DNA of 64,000 nucleotides, taken from assembly GCA_021432655.1 (NCBI GenBank), contig MU271351.1, positions 1 to 64,000 on the forward strand. The letters are read 5' to 3'. The first letter of the stretch is position 1, and each line of letters starts with the position of its first letter. The DNA is from Atractiella rhizophila. Its lineage: Eukaryota. Shown piece by piece: positions 39,905 through 53,000 of the stretch. The notes below the pieces were generated by a model. The model did no database searches and had not been told where the DNA came from. It saw only the letters and a list, made by a program, of their open reading frames with translations. A program made the translations under genes and the position numbers.

Positions 39905-40535
39905 TCTTGATGTATAATTGACTTTGACAGAAATTTATTGTCTCGGATCCGTGAGTCGTGAGGGGAGGAAAGCTACAAAATTGCTGAAAAAGAGTGAAGA
40001 GGATTGCGTGAGTAAACCTGGCACCCCATGATGCTACTAGCCCTGGGTTAGAGATGAACCGAGTTTCATGGACTTCAAAATTGTCGATTGAGAGCATTGT
40101 AAGGTATTCTTCATTATGCATCTTCCAGCTTTTGCTGCTCTTCGCCGGAATAGGCTTGTTTGTTTAGAACCTCGCCGCATTATTGCAGCCAGATGGTTCC
40201 CAAAGAGCTAGAGGGAGCTACTCACAACACACGTTCCTCAGTATTGAAACGACACCAGTTTGAAGTGTTCGCGGGCAGCAAGTCGGTTCGCTTCCCAAAC
40301 ATGGTGATCAGCGCGTGATTCAAGGAAAAACAAAAAAATACACACGCACCAACAGCAGTCACACTCAGCTTTGCCTCGGAAAAATAGTCAATGGTCGTTG
40401 TTGGACAGTTACCCCTTGCCATCTTGAGGGGTAAGATGTTTGTGTGTCTGTCACGTGACTAAATACTTGGAATCCCTTGTTGCGAAACCTCTAACACAAG
40501 GAGTAGCAGCAAGCTCCTCAAAAGGGATTGGTACA

Positions 40536-42541
40536 ATGGAAGGTAAGCATACTCTTTATGTAACTGAGCGTCACTGACCAAACCCAACAGCCGCTATGGC
40601 GGCAGACCTCGATCTTGCTCCAGAAAGCTCGAACCACGATACCTCTGCTCCTTTGCTGGAACGAGAGCATCAAGCGCAGATGGACCTATCAATAGAAGAG
40701 GTATTTTTCATTTCGTCGAAACATGAGTGAAGACGGCGAACAGGTTTGTAGCCCTCAAACGAGGAGCCACCAGCGAAGACTACTCGATACGGTCGCAAGA
40801 TCATACCTCCATCCATTCTATCGACCAGTAAGCTTGTCGTGATTGTAGCCCAAATTACAATTATTTGACACGACTATTGCTTCTAGGCACGACACCGCGG
40901 CTTCCGATGAAGCTCAAGTCGAAGAAGAAAGCAAGTCCTCCACCGACACAAGCGCGACAATGCAAGATCTGTCGTGGCCAGTGGGAGACGAGTAGGAATA
41001 AATTTGCATTATGTGCCGGTTGCAGGTGTGCCCATTTTACATAACTGTCCACTAGAACCTGACATTGGCGGAGTGAATTTTATCACCAGCTATGTCATAA
41101 CCCGCACATTCTGTTAAACGACGAAGACCCCTCTCTAACCTTTTTCTGCACTTCTTGCGATCAAAAAACTGCCCAAGAGCATCCCTTGTCGCGTTACCGC
41201 CACGATGATCTAATCTCAGGAGAAAAGTTCCCTATTCAGGATAAACGAGAGTGGCTGAACCTGCTTCCACACCAGATTCTCATCGAGCTCATCCTAGGCT
41301 TAGACGCGACGAGGCAGGGACTAAAGCTATATCCTCAAAATCTTGAAGAGCTTGTGCAGTCCAAGAAAGAGGAAGATCGGAAGCGTTCAGCGGCTCGAGC
41401 GAAATTGGCTTTGGACAAGCTCTCCAAGCTTCGTCATTCAATAGAGAAGCAGAGAAAAACTGGTCGCAAAAAGCGAGAAGGACCTTCCATTCCAGGTGTG
41501 GCGCTAGATACACCTGCTATTCCTATCTCGTCAAATACTCTACCAGGTTGACGCCTCCTGTCGCGCATCGAAGTTTTTCTAAATAAGGGAGTAGGATACG
41601 AGGATATGATAGCGTCAGCTATCAAAGCCATCAATGATCCCAATGGTTCCCCACCGCGTCTAATTTTTGAGTGGATGAACGAGTGTGTCCGTATTCCCCC
41701 GTTGGTCCTTACTTATTCCGTCATGACTAGTGCGTATCCACTCCACAAGAATTTCAAAGCCTCCGCTTCTCAGACACTCACCAAGGCCGTCAAACGAGGC
41801 CGGCTCACAAAAAGTGGCTCATTGTACAAACTGAGTGACAGCTGGGACGAGAAGGTCTGTTTTCTACTCTCAGACTACACCTAGAACCTTTAATCATATC
41901 TCACGGGCGTGTAACAGACTGCGACCACTGCTCGAGGCTACAGGAAGCCAGAGGCGGCAACAGAGCATCCCCTCAACTACGTTGGGGAAAAATCGCTCCT
42001 CAAACCGAAGGAATTCTATGCTACGCCTGCTTCCATGGTCGCTCAAGCTTCCACCTCCTCTAGTACACAAGACTCTCTGGGAAACAGTCTTGACAATAGC
42101 TCAGCTTATCCAGCGGACAGCCAAGAGGTGAAGGTTAATTTGGCGGATCCTCTGCCTCCAAGTGTGTTCACTCGTCATACTCTGTTATTAATTGCCTTGA
42201 CAATGGAAGCAGTGGAAACATACACTCCTAATCCAGGACAAACCCTCTTCCGCGCCGACTCCCCCATTAACGCTCTCGATCGAGCAATCGAATCCATCCT
42301 CTTGTCCCATCCGTACCTGCGTGCTTCTTACGATCATGGAATGGGATATAATCAGGAAGAAGCAGGAGAGCAAGAAAATTTTCAGTACGAGAAGATGACG
42401 AATGAGGAGATTGAGAGGGAATTGGCCGCTTTCGAAGATTTTCTCAAGATCCCAGTGGATGATCCGAATGCTTCCTCTTTTCCACCACCAATCGACTTCC
42501 AGTTCCCTTTTCCGGAATCACAAGCGCAATTCCCCCATTGA
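40536..42541 (+). CDS. PHD finger + linker-histone H15 (winged helix) domain protein, multi-exon
   Basis: PHD CKICRG..LCAGC|..YHQLCHNP..FFCTSC and H15 YEDMIASAIKAINDPNGSPPRLIFEWM..YPLHKNFK..TLTKAVKRGRL...YKL. Confidence 0.75.
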
Positions 42542-42856
42542 GATAACGACTCATTTTCAGTTCATTCGGTTCGGTTCTGAGTGAAGCAAGAAGTAGTGGC
42601 TCCCAACACGGTACAACATCGCCATCAACATCGTCATCGAGGGTGTGAAATACGACTAGGAGTTTGGCTTGGTTTTGCGCTCTGCTCAGTGCTCATTACG
42701 TGCTCATTACTTATGATGTGCATTTCGTCTACACACGATATATTACTAGATCAGTAACGGAATAAAATTTCTTGATTAACACGGTAGATTGGGTCATCAC
42801 TCTTGCTCCTACCGGATGATTTCAGCGGACTAAAAGCATCTGAAAAGATATTCACC

Positions 42857-43069
42857 TCATTTCCACTGCCCTTTCTCCAGTTCACCGGAAGCGCTCTCAT
42901 TTCTCGTTTGCCTGGTCTGGTCCGTTGGGGGAATAGCATTTGGTGTTGCACTTGTGAAACCGCGACGAAGCAACTCTTGACCGGAAAGGAACATGAGAGG
43001 GATGGTAAATATTATGATTGCGATGCGATGTTGGGTGCCCCACGGCTTGGGAGCTGGTTTTGCTGGCAT
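42857..43069 (-). CDS. Small (70 aa) single-pass membrane protein
   Basis: MPAKPAPKPWGTQHRIAIIIFTIPLMFLSGQELLRR.. contains one hydrophobic helix. Confidence 0.45.
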   Translation of the reverse strand: MPAKPAPKPWGTQHRIAIIIFTIPLMFLSGQELLRRGFTSATPNAIPPTDQTRQTRNESASGELEKGQWK

Positions 43070-43387
43070 GTCAAGTTGAAAGTTGAGAAAAAAGGCAATA
43101 TAGTATTGATCAAACCTTATCTGTTGCATAAACTTGACCTTAAGATTGTAATGCCTGTAACTCTATTTCCTTGTCCGAATCTGTGGTAACGGCCGCAATC
43201 TAACACATTCCACATTGCAGACGACGACCACAACGACGCCTCCTCCTTCTTTCTTCCTCAAATTTCATCCCAAACCGTCGCTCTTTCAACCACATCAAAG
43301 AACAGAAACAACAGTCTTTCTTGGCCAGCAATCTCGTCATTCCGAAACACCTTCCAACGCGGACTTTGGACCACAAAAATCGATCAC

Positions 43388-45863
43388 ATGTCGTCCAACC
43401 GACTCTCTTACAACAACCTCGACCCCAAGACGCCTAACTCGGCGACTGCCTTTTACCCTCCTTCTTCTCCTGTCGATTTGGATCACAATCCCAATCGAGC
43501 ATCAGCCATGTCCACCAATCCGATGTACAAGCCTACAGGCGGAAAGTGGTACTCCAATCCGTGGGTGAAGTGGGGAGTACCAGTTCTCGTTATTGCCGCC
43601 ATTGTCGGAGGAGTGGTTGGAGGTGTAGTCGGGAGCAAGAACAGCGGAAGCAATAAGAACGTGAGCGGAGCGACAGCGGGGAATGAGAATGGTGGAAGCA
43701 GTAGCCATAGTCCTTCGTCTACCAGTGCGGGTCAGACCAGCGGTGCCACTGCTACTGGCACATCTGCTGCCCCTAGCGCCACAGCCAGTGTGTAAGTCCT
43801 TTCTTTATATGGAGGGGGGTATGTTCCTTGTTTCACGGACACAAGGTTGTCGTAAGATGAATGAAATTTCAGCAATCTGCCCTATGAGGATGATTGTGTC
43901 TGCCGTTGAGACTGGTGAAATGTCGATTACATCTTTGAAAGTGTGCCTGGAAAGGCAATCAGACTTGCTTCTCCACTCTCCATGCCGCACAAGACACGAA
44001 CTGATCATATGCTTCTTCAGAACCCCCGTTACCAGATGGGACTTTTCAACAAACAAGATGAGTGTGTATCTCTTTTTTATGGGCACGAGGGCACCGTCTA
44101 ACGTTACCTTGCAGTTGGAATGAACCTTGGTTTGTGGTTCCCCTAAAAGTATGACTTCTATCTGACGCTTCGCTGAAGGAAACTGGCTTGTCCTCGGTGG
44201 ATTTTTTTTAACTCAATGATTCATAATGAATAAGCTGATATATGATTGAATAGAGCGATGGATGAACGAGGACTGGATCATTGAAAAAGCTGGTGCTGAT
44301 GCCTGGGATGAGTGGACTTTTACGTTAGTCCATCCGTCGTTCTTTCCCTCCGCTTCACTGAACTCTGTCGTGCAGCTCGATCTTAGGTAAGGATGCCGCG
44401 TTGCCCATACTGCAGGATCACTGGAACACCTGGATCACTGAGGACGACATTGAGTTCATGCATCAATCGGGGATTAACCACCTCCGAATTCCCGTCGCTT
44501 TCTGGCACTTTATCCCCACTCTCGCTGACGAGCCGTATCTCGCGATGAGTGGTCAGATCGAGCAGGTGGAAAGGATCATGCAATACGCTTATGCCAGAGG
44601 AATGTATGTGTTGATGGACATGCATGGATTACCAGGATCTCAAAATGGCGAACAGCAGAGTGAGCTTTCATCCTCTTTCCAGTTGTTTCTTTGCGATAGT
44701 GCGCAGCGTTGAATCGGGATGTTTTGGGAAGGTGGACACAATACGACGGACGTCAGATGGTACCAAGATGCATACCAGCAGAGGACGACACAGACCATCG
44801 CTGCGTTCATTACTTGGATGGAGAATACGCCCTACAGGTCTATCATTTCCGCCTTCGACGCTTGCAATGAACCCAGGTCAGCTGGCTGTTCCCTCATTCC
44901 GTCTGTTTGGACTGAGAAGGATTCAGGCCATACACTGACCAGCAGTTTACCATGTTGAGGACATACTACGAGAACACATATCAGGCGCTGAAGGCCAGCT
45001 CAAACCCGATACCTATGATGATGGCGCATGGTTATCGTGCGCCTTTTCTTTGTCCATGTTGTGCCAGGTACTGACGATTGCAATGATGAGCAGCGACTGA
45101 TGCCCTTAACTATTGGCTCGAATTTGTCTCAGCCCACGTCACCACTCCTCCTTCTCTCTTGTACTCCGACCATCCTTACCCAGGTTCGTCTTCATTGCTC
45201 CATCAATCTTTAGACTAGTGGTGTGATGACAGTTGTCGGATAGGAAACTTCCCGCCTCAGACTGACCAGCAAGGCATTCTGAACCAAGTCTGCAATGATG
45301 CAAAGAGGTACATCGGCTATCCCGTTCCAACTTGTATCACTGAATGGTAACTACTGTCCTAAATACCCTCTCGATATGATTCTCAGAACCATTAGGTCTC
45401 TCTACACTGGAGTCAAGACGAGCGATTTTGAAAATCAATTCTATGCTGCTCAGGTCTCTACCTGGAACTGGTTGGCAGGAGGAACCTATTGGTCTTATCG
45501 AGTCATTCCATCGAAGGACCAATTAGCTGGTGGACTGGGTACGTTGACTGGCTCTTCCCTGAGTACTCTTCTTAGATGTGTGTGACAGATTACACACAAT
45601 ACAGCTTTGAGACTCTTGCAAAGGCAGGTGGTGTGCCGCTTCCCACATCTGCCACAGAAACGTGAGCCTTTCATCTCTCATATCCGATCTAGCTGGTAAT
45701 CAGCGTCGTATATAGCCCTGAAGCCTACTTTGCGGGCCTCACCAATTACTGTGGAGCGGAGCCTGCCACCGGATCACAAAACTGGCCTACCGTGCAGCCA
45801 TCTGCATGGCCAGGCACTTCCTCCACGAAGCGACGAGGAAAGCGACAAGCCTTTGTGGCATGA
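43388..45863 (+). CDS. Membrane-anchored GH5 exo-beta-1,3-glucanase-like protein, many exons
   Basis: Transmembrane segment WGVPVLVIAAIVGGVVGG and an S/T linker, then GMNL|GNWLVL|ERWM, DHWNTWITEDD, HLRIPV, DMHGLPGSQNG and acid/base motif NEP. Confidence 0.88.
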
Positions 45864-46249
45864 GCCTCACTACCTTTGTACTAGTAATCCAGTTCGGACA
45901 ATGGGTTCTACCTCGATTTCCTTCAGTCTCTCTTTCGTGTTTCATCAGTTTCTTTGCTTGTTGTCTACTTCCAACCCTAGCTAGTTCTAGGAAGCACATT
46001 CGTTGATACCACCCCAGTTTTGCAAGCTCATACAAGCGCTTTTCCCATCCCATTCGATCCTTGATGTTCACAGGAGCTCAGTGAATTGCAGGTGAAGCAA
46101 AATGAATTGCACTGAGATCTGCATAGTTAATTGATAAGTTGACATTCTATTGTGACATTCTTAATTCCAAAATACCGAAACCACTGCCCAAATCATCCAC
46201 GGCAAAACCGTGTGCATTACACTTTCACTTCGCATCCCTCTCTCTGGGA

Positions 46250-48454
46250 TTACTCGTCCTTGACGACCACGTCTTCAGGCAAGGAGGCAGGATCGACTGA
46301 TTCGCCTTCTCTTTGGGAGGGTAACAAAGTTCCACCAGCCTGGCTCTGGGTTTTCGTCCCACTTCCACTCATTGCTGGGGCTCGTATCGAGACATCTTTG
46401 AGCTGTTCTTTCTCCTTCTCCGACTTGATCTGCAGCTGTTGCATCTCCGAGACGAAAGACAGTCCTACATGACGCAAACACATCATGATCAGCTTGTACT
46501 TAGCACCACAGGAGCTGCTTACCCCAATAAGCGCTCGTGAACTTGGAAACATATCTGAAAAGTTTCTCAAAGTTCTCCTTCCTGATCTCGGGACTCATAG
46601 TCACAGCCTTGTGAATGGCCTCTGCCAGCTCTTCCGTGTTCCAAGGATTGGCGATTATCGATCCGTTGAGGGAGTGAGCTGCTCCTGCAAATTCGGAAAG
46701 GATGAGCACGCCGTGACCTTCTTCTTGACATGCCACGTATTCATATGACACCTATAAACCGGAGCTCTCAGATCAGGTTTATTTTGAAGGAAGAGGGTAT
46801 GACGGACCAAGTTCATCCCATCTCTTGTGCTCGAAATTACTGCTGCCTCACTCACTGCATATAGGGCACAGAGCTCGTCGAAATTGACCGACTTGTGCAT
46901 CCAATGGACAGGCATATACTCGACCGTTCCAAACTGGCCATTGATCCTCCCCACCATCTCATTACAGCTCGCTCTAAGGTTCTGGTACTCCTCGACGTCA
47001 CCCCTACTGGGCACAGCGACCTGAACGAGCACGACTTTGCCTATCCATTCAGGGTGTTTGGTGAGGAAGATCTCGAGAGCGTGTAACTTCTGAGGGACTC
47101 CTTTGATGTAGTCCAACCGATCGACGCCGACGAGAATCTTGCATCCTTCAAATTTGCGCCGTAAGGCTGCAATCCGCTGCTGTACACTCTCCTTCAGCAA
47201 GGTATCGTGAAATTGGGTGGGTTCAATTCCGATGGGGAAGGTGCCGACGTGGGCATAGTGGCCGTCGAATTCCACACCTGCTCATCCCTCCACGGTCAGC
47301 TGTGGGCGAGGAGGAGGAAACAAAGACGCACCGTTGGGCATCGTTGGCAGACCTAAGATGCGCGTACACGAGGAAAGGAAGTGACGAGCGTAATCATAAG
47401 TGTGGAACCCGATGAGATCGCAGTGGAGAATGCCAAGGAGAATTTCTCGTCGGACGGGAAGGATCCTGTCATCGCAGGCGTACGTTGAGCGACACTCTAG
47501 GGGCTAGACGGTAGAGGATGCTAACCTATAGATCTCGGAACTCGGGAAAGGAGTATGGAGGAAGAATCCGATCTTGATCTCATCCCTCTCAAACTTCTTT
47601 CCTCCTTCACTTCCTAAGCCCAGACTGCTGCGACCCCTCTCTTTATCGTCTCCCAACCCGCTTCTTTTGCGAAATCCACTGCCACTTGCAACGCTCAAGC
47701 TACTGCTCCTTGACACGCTCCTCGTCCTCCTGCCCTTCTCCGGAGCCAGTGGTGTTGACAGTGGGGAGACAACAGGACTAGAGGAGGAAAATAAGCCTTC
47801 CTTGATCCGCTGCACCTCGCGCAGCGAGGCCGCTGACATTGTCGCCTGTGGATTCGGAGAGAGGAGATACCGAAGGAGGAGAGGCAGAAGCATGAGATGA
47901 TAGTCTTGTACCCAAACGAGGTCGTTGGCTTGAATCTCCTGGTAAACAGTCTCAGCGAACAACAGGTTTGCTTCTCGATATGCCCGCCAGGCGGTCTCGT
48001 CAAAGTTCATTTCTCCTGGATGATCTAATCGAGCATGATCTCGTCAACACACAATCCAAAAATTTGACGTAAGAGGATGATGGGAAAGCGCACAATGGAA
48101 GAGAGGCCACAATATCGAGTTTGCGAATCCATTATAATGCGCATCAGCCAGATCATCGTCCAGATAGACTGCACGGCACTTGAAATCTTCCATGAGCTTC
48201 TTGTCCATTCCTTCCCTTTCATTCTCAGGAATCTCCAGCCCAGGCCATCCAAACCATGTAAATTCGACGTGCTTTTTACAACCCGCCAATGCGCTCACTA
48301 GTCCTCCAGAGGACATCTTGAACTCATACTTCTCGTCGATAGTGCTCCCATTAGGATCCTTCCGTGTTATAGTGATCGGTAAACGGTTGGCGATGACGAT
48401 GAGACGACCGTTGGAGGAGCGCAGCGTGGGATAGTCAGAATTTGAGAAGTGCAT
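46250..48454 (-). CDS. TPS1: Alpha,alpha-trehalose-phosphate synthase (GT20), multi-exon
   Basis: Motifs LIVIANRLP, SSGGLVSAL, WVQDYHLMLLP, GFFLHTPFPSSEIYR, GVDRLDYIKGVPQK, STRDGMNLV and LILSEFAGAA. Confidence 0.95.
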
Positions 48455-49240
48455 CGTGGCTTACTGTTCGTGAGCGAGATTCAGGGAGGAACTGGTGCAA
48501 AGGTGAGATGGTAAGCGATGTTGTTGTGGGATTTTGACGTCGTTGTGGTCGTTGTCACAAGGCAAGGGAGATCTCCGAAAATGACGCCTGCCAAAACGAC
48601 CAACTCGGTTGCTTGAGCCCAACTTTGCCCAAGACCTTCCCAGAAGCTGCCCTATATGTATCCTTGTAGTGAGCGTATCAGCGAAACGTGCCGGCAAGAG
48701 AGTTAAGGATTACCCCGGTGAGGCGTGGAGGAGGAGCTTGCAGTGACCGCGTATCGATCCGGAGATGGATCGATCGGATGGGGATCGATGGGTGAAATCT
48801 CCTGAAAGAGAAGGCTGGGGAGGCAGGATAAATACGGGATATTAATATTTAACGTTGATGCTTATGGTCTGTGACAACATTACGGTCTATGGTATGGGGG
48901 AGTTCATCCTTCTGGTGTCGCTGTCGGAATTTGGTAGCCTTGCAAGACTGCCGTTCTGTTTTGCCCAAGCTGCGGGACGATACGTACTCTTCAATACATT
49001 GAGTCTTCACTTGCTTTTATGCATGCGAGTCTCCTAGACCTGGAATCACCGTGTGAATGGAAGTAGAAGTAATTGTTGTTTGACATGACATCTGATGAAC
49101 TTTCTTCACCTCCATCAAATCGCTTCTTAAATTATGCCTTTCAGGATGCTACAAGTATTGAACATTGAACGAAAATAAGGAGTTTACAGTCATTTATCCC
49201 ATGTATTGGTAAATTGTCATTGATAATGGACACTGCCATG

Positions 49241-51168
49241 TCACGAAGATAGTTTTACAGGCACCCTCCCTGTCGCTTTGACCTCTCCAAACAACACTTT
49301 AGTCGCCGCCTCAAAACCCAACGGCGTGTATTCAAAACTTGCAACGAACGCAAGGTCGTCCACTCCCTCCACGCCCTCAAGATCGTAAGGAGTGCAGCTG
49401 GCCAAAATGACGATTGGAATCTTGGCCTTGAATTGTTCGCTGATCTTCTTCAACTTGGCAATCTGCCATGGCGCTCTGTCCGCGTTGCGAAGGGTGAAGA
49501 CGATCGCCGATACTTCTGAGGCGGATATGGGGGACCGCTCTTCTTGTCCGGATTTGAGATAAACTATTTGTTGAGCAGGTACACGTCTGGAAATCGAGGC
49601 GGCCAGGGCGGAAAAGGAGGCGCCAGCTGTGTTTCGGATTTCCCCTCCTTTCCCTCTTAGTACGCCTTCCGCATCATCAATCGCCTTATTAAGACCTTCG
49701 ATCTCCGGCGTGTAAACGAGAATGGGTCCCGACTTCGAGGACTTGAGTGGGAGTATAGAAAGTGGGTCGCGAATTACAGCAATAGATTTTTCGTATGCGC
49801 TCTCGCTCAGCTTCACGGCATTTCCCTTCGTCTTCTCCCAGCTCACGTTGAATTCTTCATCCGAAATAGTCGTCCCAAACCGCAGTTTCAAAGACTTGAT
49901 CCTGTTTTGAGAAGCCTCCAACTCCTCCCAACTCAAGCGTCCACTCTCAACTGCATCCCAAACCTTTCTGATCGCTCCCACCTGCCGCTCCATCGTATGA
50001 CAGATCATGAGCACATCAGCTCCAGCCTCCAACGCTCTCACTGAACCCTCCTCCACACCACACCCTCCTTGCGCAGGCTCCGCAATGGCGTCCATCTCCA
50101 AGCAGTCCGTCACTACCACACCTTGGAATCCTAGCTCCTTCCTCAGAAGGTCAGTAGTGATCTTCCTGCTCAGTGAACACGGCTCGTCTCCTCCGGTAAT
50201 GAGAGGAAGTGCCATGTGTCCAGTCATGATCGTTGCGACGTTATCAGGGTCCTGAAAAAGGCGTTTGAAGGGTACGAGTTCGACGGAGGCAAGGTCGTCA
50301 GAGGACTTCATGATTCGTGGAAGTGCGAGATGGGAGTCGACGTGGGTGTCACCGTGTCCCGGGAAATGTTTAGGAGACGGGGCGACACCAGACCTGGTCA
50401 GTCCACGAGCAGCTGAATGCGCGAACCGTCCTACTTCCTCTGGATCTGCGCACTCGTGTCAACTTTGCGTGAACATGCGTTCTCCGTGTACTGCGCACCA
50501 TCACCAAAAGAACGAACGCCTGGCGAAACGATTAACAGGTTGTTTTCAGTGGGCTAAAGGAGGAGCGAGCTTACCGATGACTGGATTCTTCGGGTTGGAA
50601 TTTACATCCGCCACAGGACTATAAGCCCAGTTGACACCGAGCATTTTGAGTTGCTTTCCGGTGGCAGCATAGGTCTCTTCAGTGAGCTCAACAGATCCAG
50701 TGGCCGCAAGCGACATGGCCCCAGGACTACAGCCATAAGCATGATGAAGAAATGGACAGCTGTAGAAAACATACAATTGAGTAGCGGACGTTGAGGAGCT
50801 GAACGCTGAAACGAGTCCTTGCTCCTGATCTGTACCTATCATGAGCGGAAACTCTTGACCCGACTCCTTCGCGATCGTTTGTAACTCTTGTATCACCTTG
50901 CGAATATGGACAGCATCTACTGGAGCTCAGCTCTCCCATTCTCAGCTCTCAAACTGGACACCAACCTTTGACGTTCCTCTTCATGAGAATTACATTTCCG
51001 ACGTGATACTCACGAATCAACACCTTGATATCTTCGCTAACTTCCTGACCATGGAATCCAAGCACGAAGTGCTGGTCTAACGTTTCAGCACGCAGGCTCC
51101 GATGATCGAATGATCGGGAAGGGACACACCTGGCCCAGTTTTCGCTTCACCTCTTCAGTGATTTGCAT
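49241..51168 (-). CDS. GH3 beta-N-acetylhexosaminidase (NagZ-like), multi-exon
   Basis: MQITEEVKRKLGQ|HFVLGFHG, IGTDQEQG, the NagZ motif KHFPGHGDTHVDSH, and nucleophile region VVTDCLEM. Confidence 0.9.
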
Positions 51169-51641
51169 TTCAACTGCTCTCTGATCCTGTGCGCGCTTTC
51201 GTGCATGGGACTTTGGGAGGTGACAATGCGTTTTATCGCTCACTCATACGAGACCCCAATCGTAATGGTGCGTTGTGCGTGGGGAAAGGAGGAGGCATTC
51301 CGTACAAGCGCCATGACAAGGGCACGTGATATTTGGTTTGTCAAACACATATCTCATCTCGCTTTCCTGCTCCTTCTCCAGTTACAGGGTAAGCAGGGCA
51401 ATATTCCCGGTAGTTCAGCAAAGTTTGAGCCATTCGGTTGATTGAGACTCTGCTGCAGAAATGGAAAGCTTCCCAACTTGAACCTTGGCTAGCTCCAATA
51501 GAGGTATGGTATGAGTGAGATATGCGTGATTAATATCAACTTCAATTCGAATATTCGACATATAACACGCCTGGAATCATGAACAAGAAAGGATACTCCA
51601 CGTTCAAGTCACTCCCAAACCTTCACAGAACATACAGTCAA

Positions 51642-52149
51642 TCAAGAGCCTTGTCCTAAGTTTGCACCAGGAGAAGCAGTTGGATCCATGGGCGGATTTT
51701 GCATTAAATCGGCTATCGACTGCTCGAGCGAATCAATCCTCGAAGTTGCTGCTTGCACTGGCAAAGTAACACAATCACAATCCTGTAAACCCAATATCCT
51801 TTAACGGGAGGGAAGGGGAAACGTACATCGCTCTTTGACTTCCTCGCTCATTTGATCAAATCGACTTTCCAAATTCGTAAGAAGTGAGTCCACCTTACCA
51901 ACACAAGGGAAGCTGCTTAGGCCCTGCTTTCTTCTCAAAGAGTGAACGCACCCAATCATTCAGTTCCACAGCACTGGTAATCTCCCCCCCAAGACCAAGC
52001 TTCAATTCATCTTTTGTGGTCGCGTTTGACGAGCTAGCTGCAGCCGCTCCTTTGCCTTTTCGTAGCGCTGTCGGAGGCTCAGACCGCGAAGGACCAGCAC
52101 GTGTGGGTTGAGAATTACTTGGGAGGGACAGAGGAGTAGCGGAGGCCAT
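51642..52149 (-). CDS. Heat shock factor binding protein 1 (HSBP1)-like, complete copy, three exons
   Basis: ITSAVELNDW|VDSLLTNLESRFDQMSEEVKER|..SRIDSLEQSIADLMQ matches the HSBP1 coiled coil. Confidence 0.85.
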
Positions 52150-52358
52150 TCTCGCTTCTCAAGTGTTGATTGGTCTTGCTGCTTGTTGCACAACATAAAA
52201 ACACGTGATTGGCGTGGTGCAGATGTTGAGTTGCTTGGTATATAACTGCAACTGCAAACGGACTTGTTCAGATATGAAAACAAAACTGCAAAACAGTATC
52301 TGAGGCCGTCTTTGTAAGGATAGTGTAGTAGCAAGAAAGTGCAACTTGCAAAAAGATG

Positions 52359-52441
52359 TACGAGAAGTGGGGATCGAACCCACGACCTTATGCGATTAAC
52401 CGATGTTAAGCATATGCTACTACCAACTGAGCTATCCCCGC
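52359..52441 (-). tRNA. tRNA-Val(AAC) with a 9-nt intron, copy 1
   Basis: Acceptor GCGGGGA/TTCTCGT-A, A box TAGCTCAGTTGG, anticodon stem TATGC/GCATA with loop TTAACA[tcggttaat]C, T arm GTGGGTTCGATCCCCAC, and a T5 terminator downstream. Confidence 0.9.
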
Positions 52442-53000
52442 GTACATGAGATTGTGGCTAGAAATAATCTATATTGCAAAATCTACTCTCATTTCCTCAT
52501 ATATCGCTATCCTTTGTTTGACCTCAATCGAGACTGGAAGTGAATATGGATACAAGACCCAGCCTCATACATCCCATTGTCCCTCGAAAGTTTTGTGCTT
52601 TCCTCACCTTATGCCCTGGTCCATCTCACTGATATATTCCGAAAATAAATGTTACTGTGAGCCCAGCTGTGAGCCAAACATCTGCGGACTTACATAGCAT
52701 CCCGGCTAGTATGGCCCCGAGCTCAGGCAGCTTCTGACCCAGCCGTCTCTCCGTCGTCAAAACGGGTTGAAAATAGTTGTTCTTGTGTCGGAAGTGGACC
52801 CGCCAATCAGGTTTCAAGCCGTTGCTTCGGCGCAGAACTTGGCCCCCAGGCTTTGATGATAAATTGTTTCGCGCTTGTCAACAACACGAACAGGTTGATC
52901 TTCTAGGGCCGGGAGGAACATTGGGGAGGAACGATTTCGTATTCTCGACTCTCATTACACGCTTAGCAAGCAACAGAATACGCTTTAGGTGAGTTGTTAT

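Noticed and set aside
42689..42710. 11-bp tandem repeat (GTGCTCATTAC)x2
   Set aside because: This is an ordinary slippage duplication in a 3' region and has no CRISPR-like spacers.
48750..48792. GATCG/GGATG-rich patch upstream of TPS1
   Set aside because: It is low complexity with no regular period and no known motif.
43388..51168. GH5, TPS1 and GH3 adjacent, suggesting a carbohydrate gene cluster
   Set aside because: The substrates are unrelated, there is no transporter or regulator, and adjacency is expected in a compact genome.
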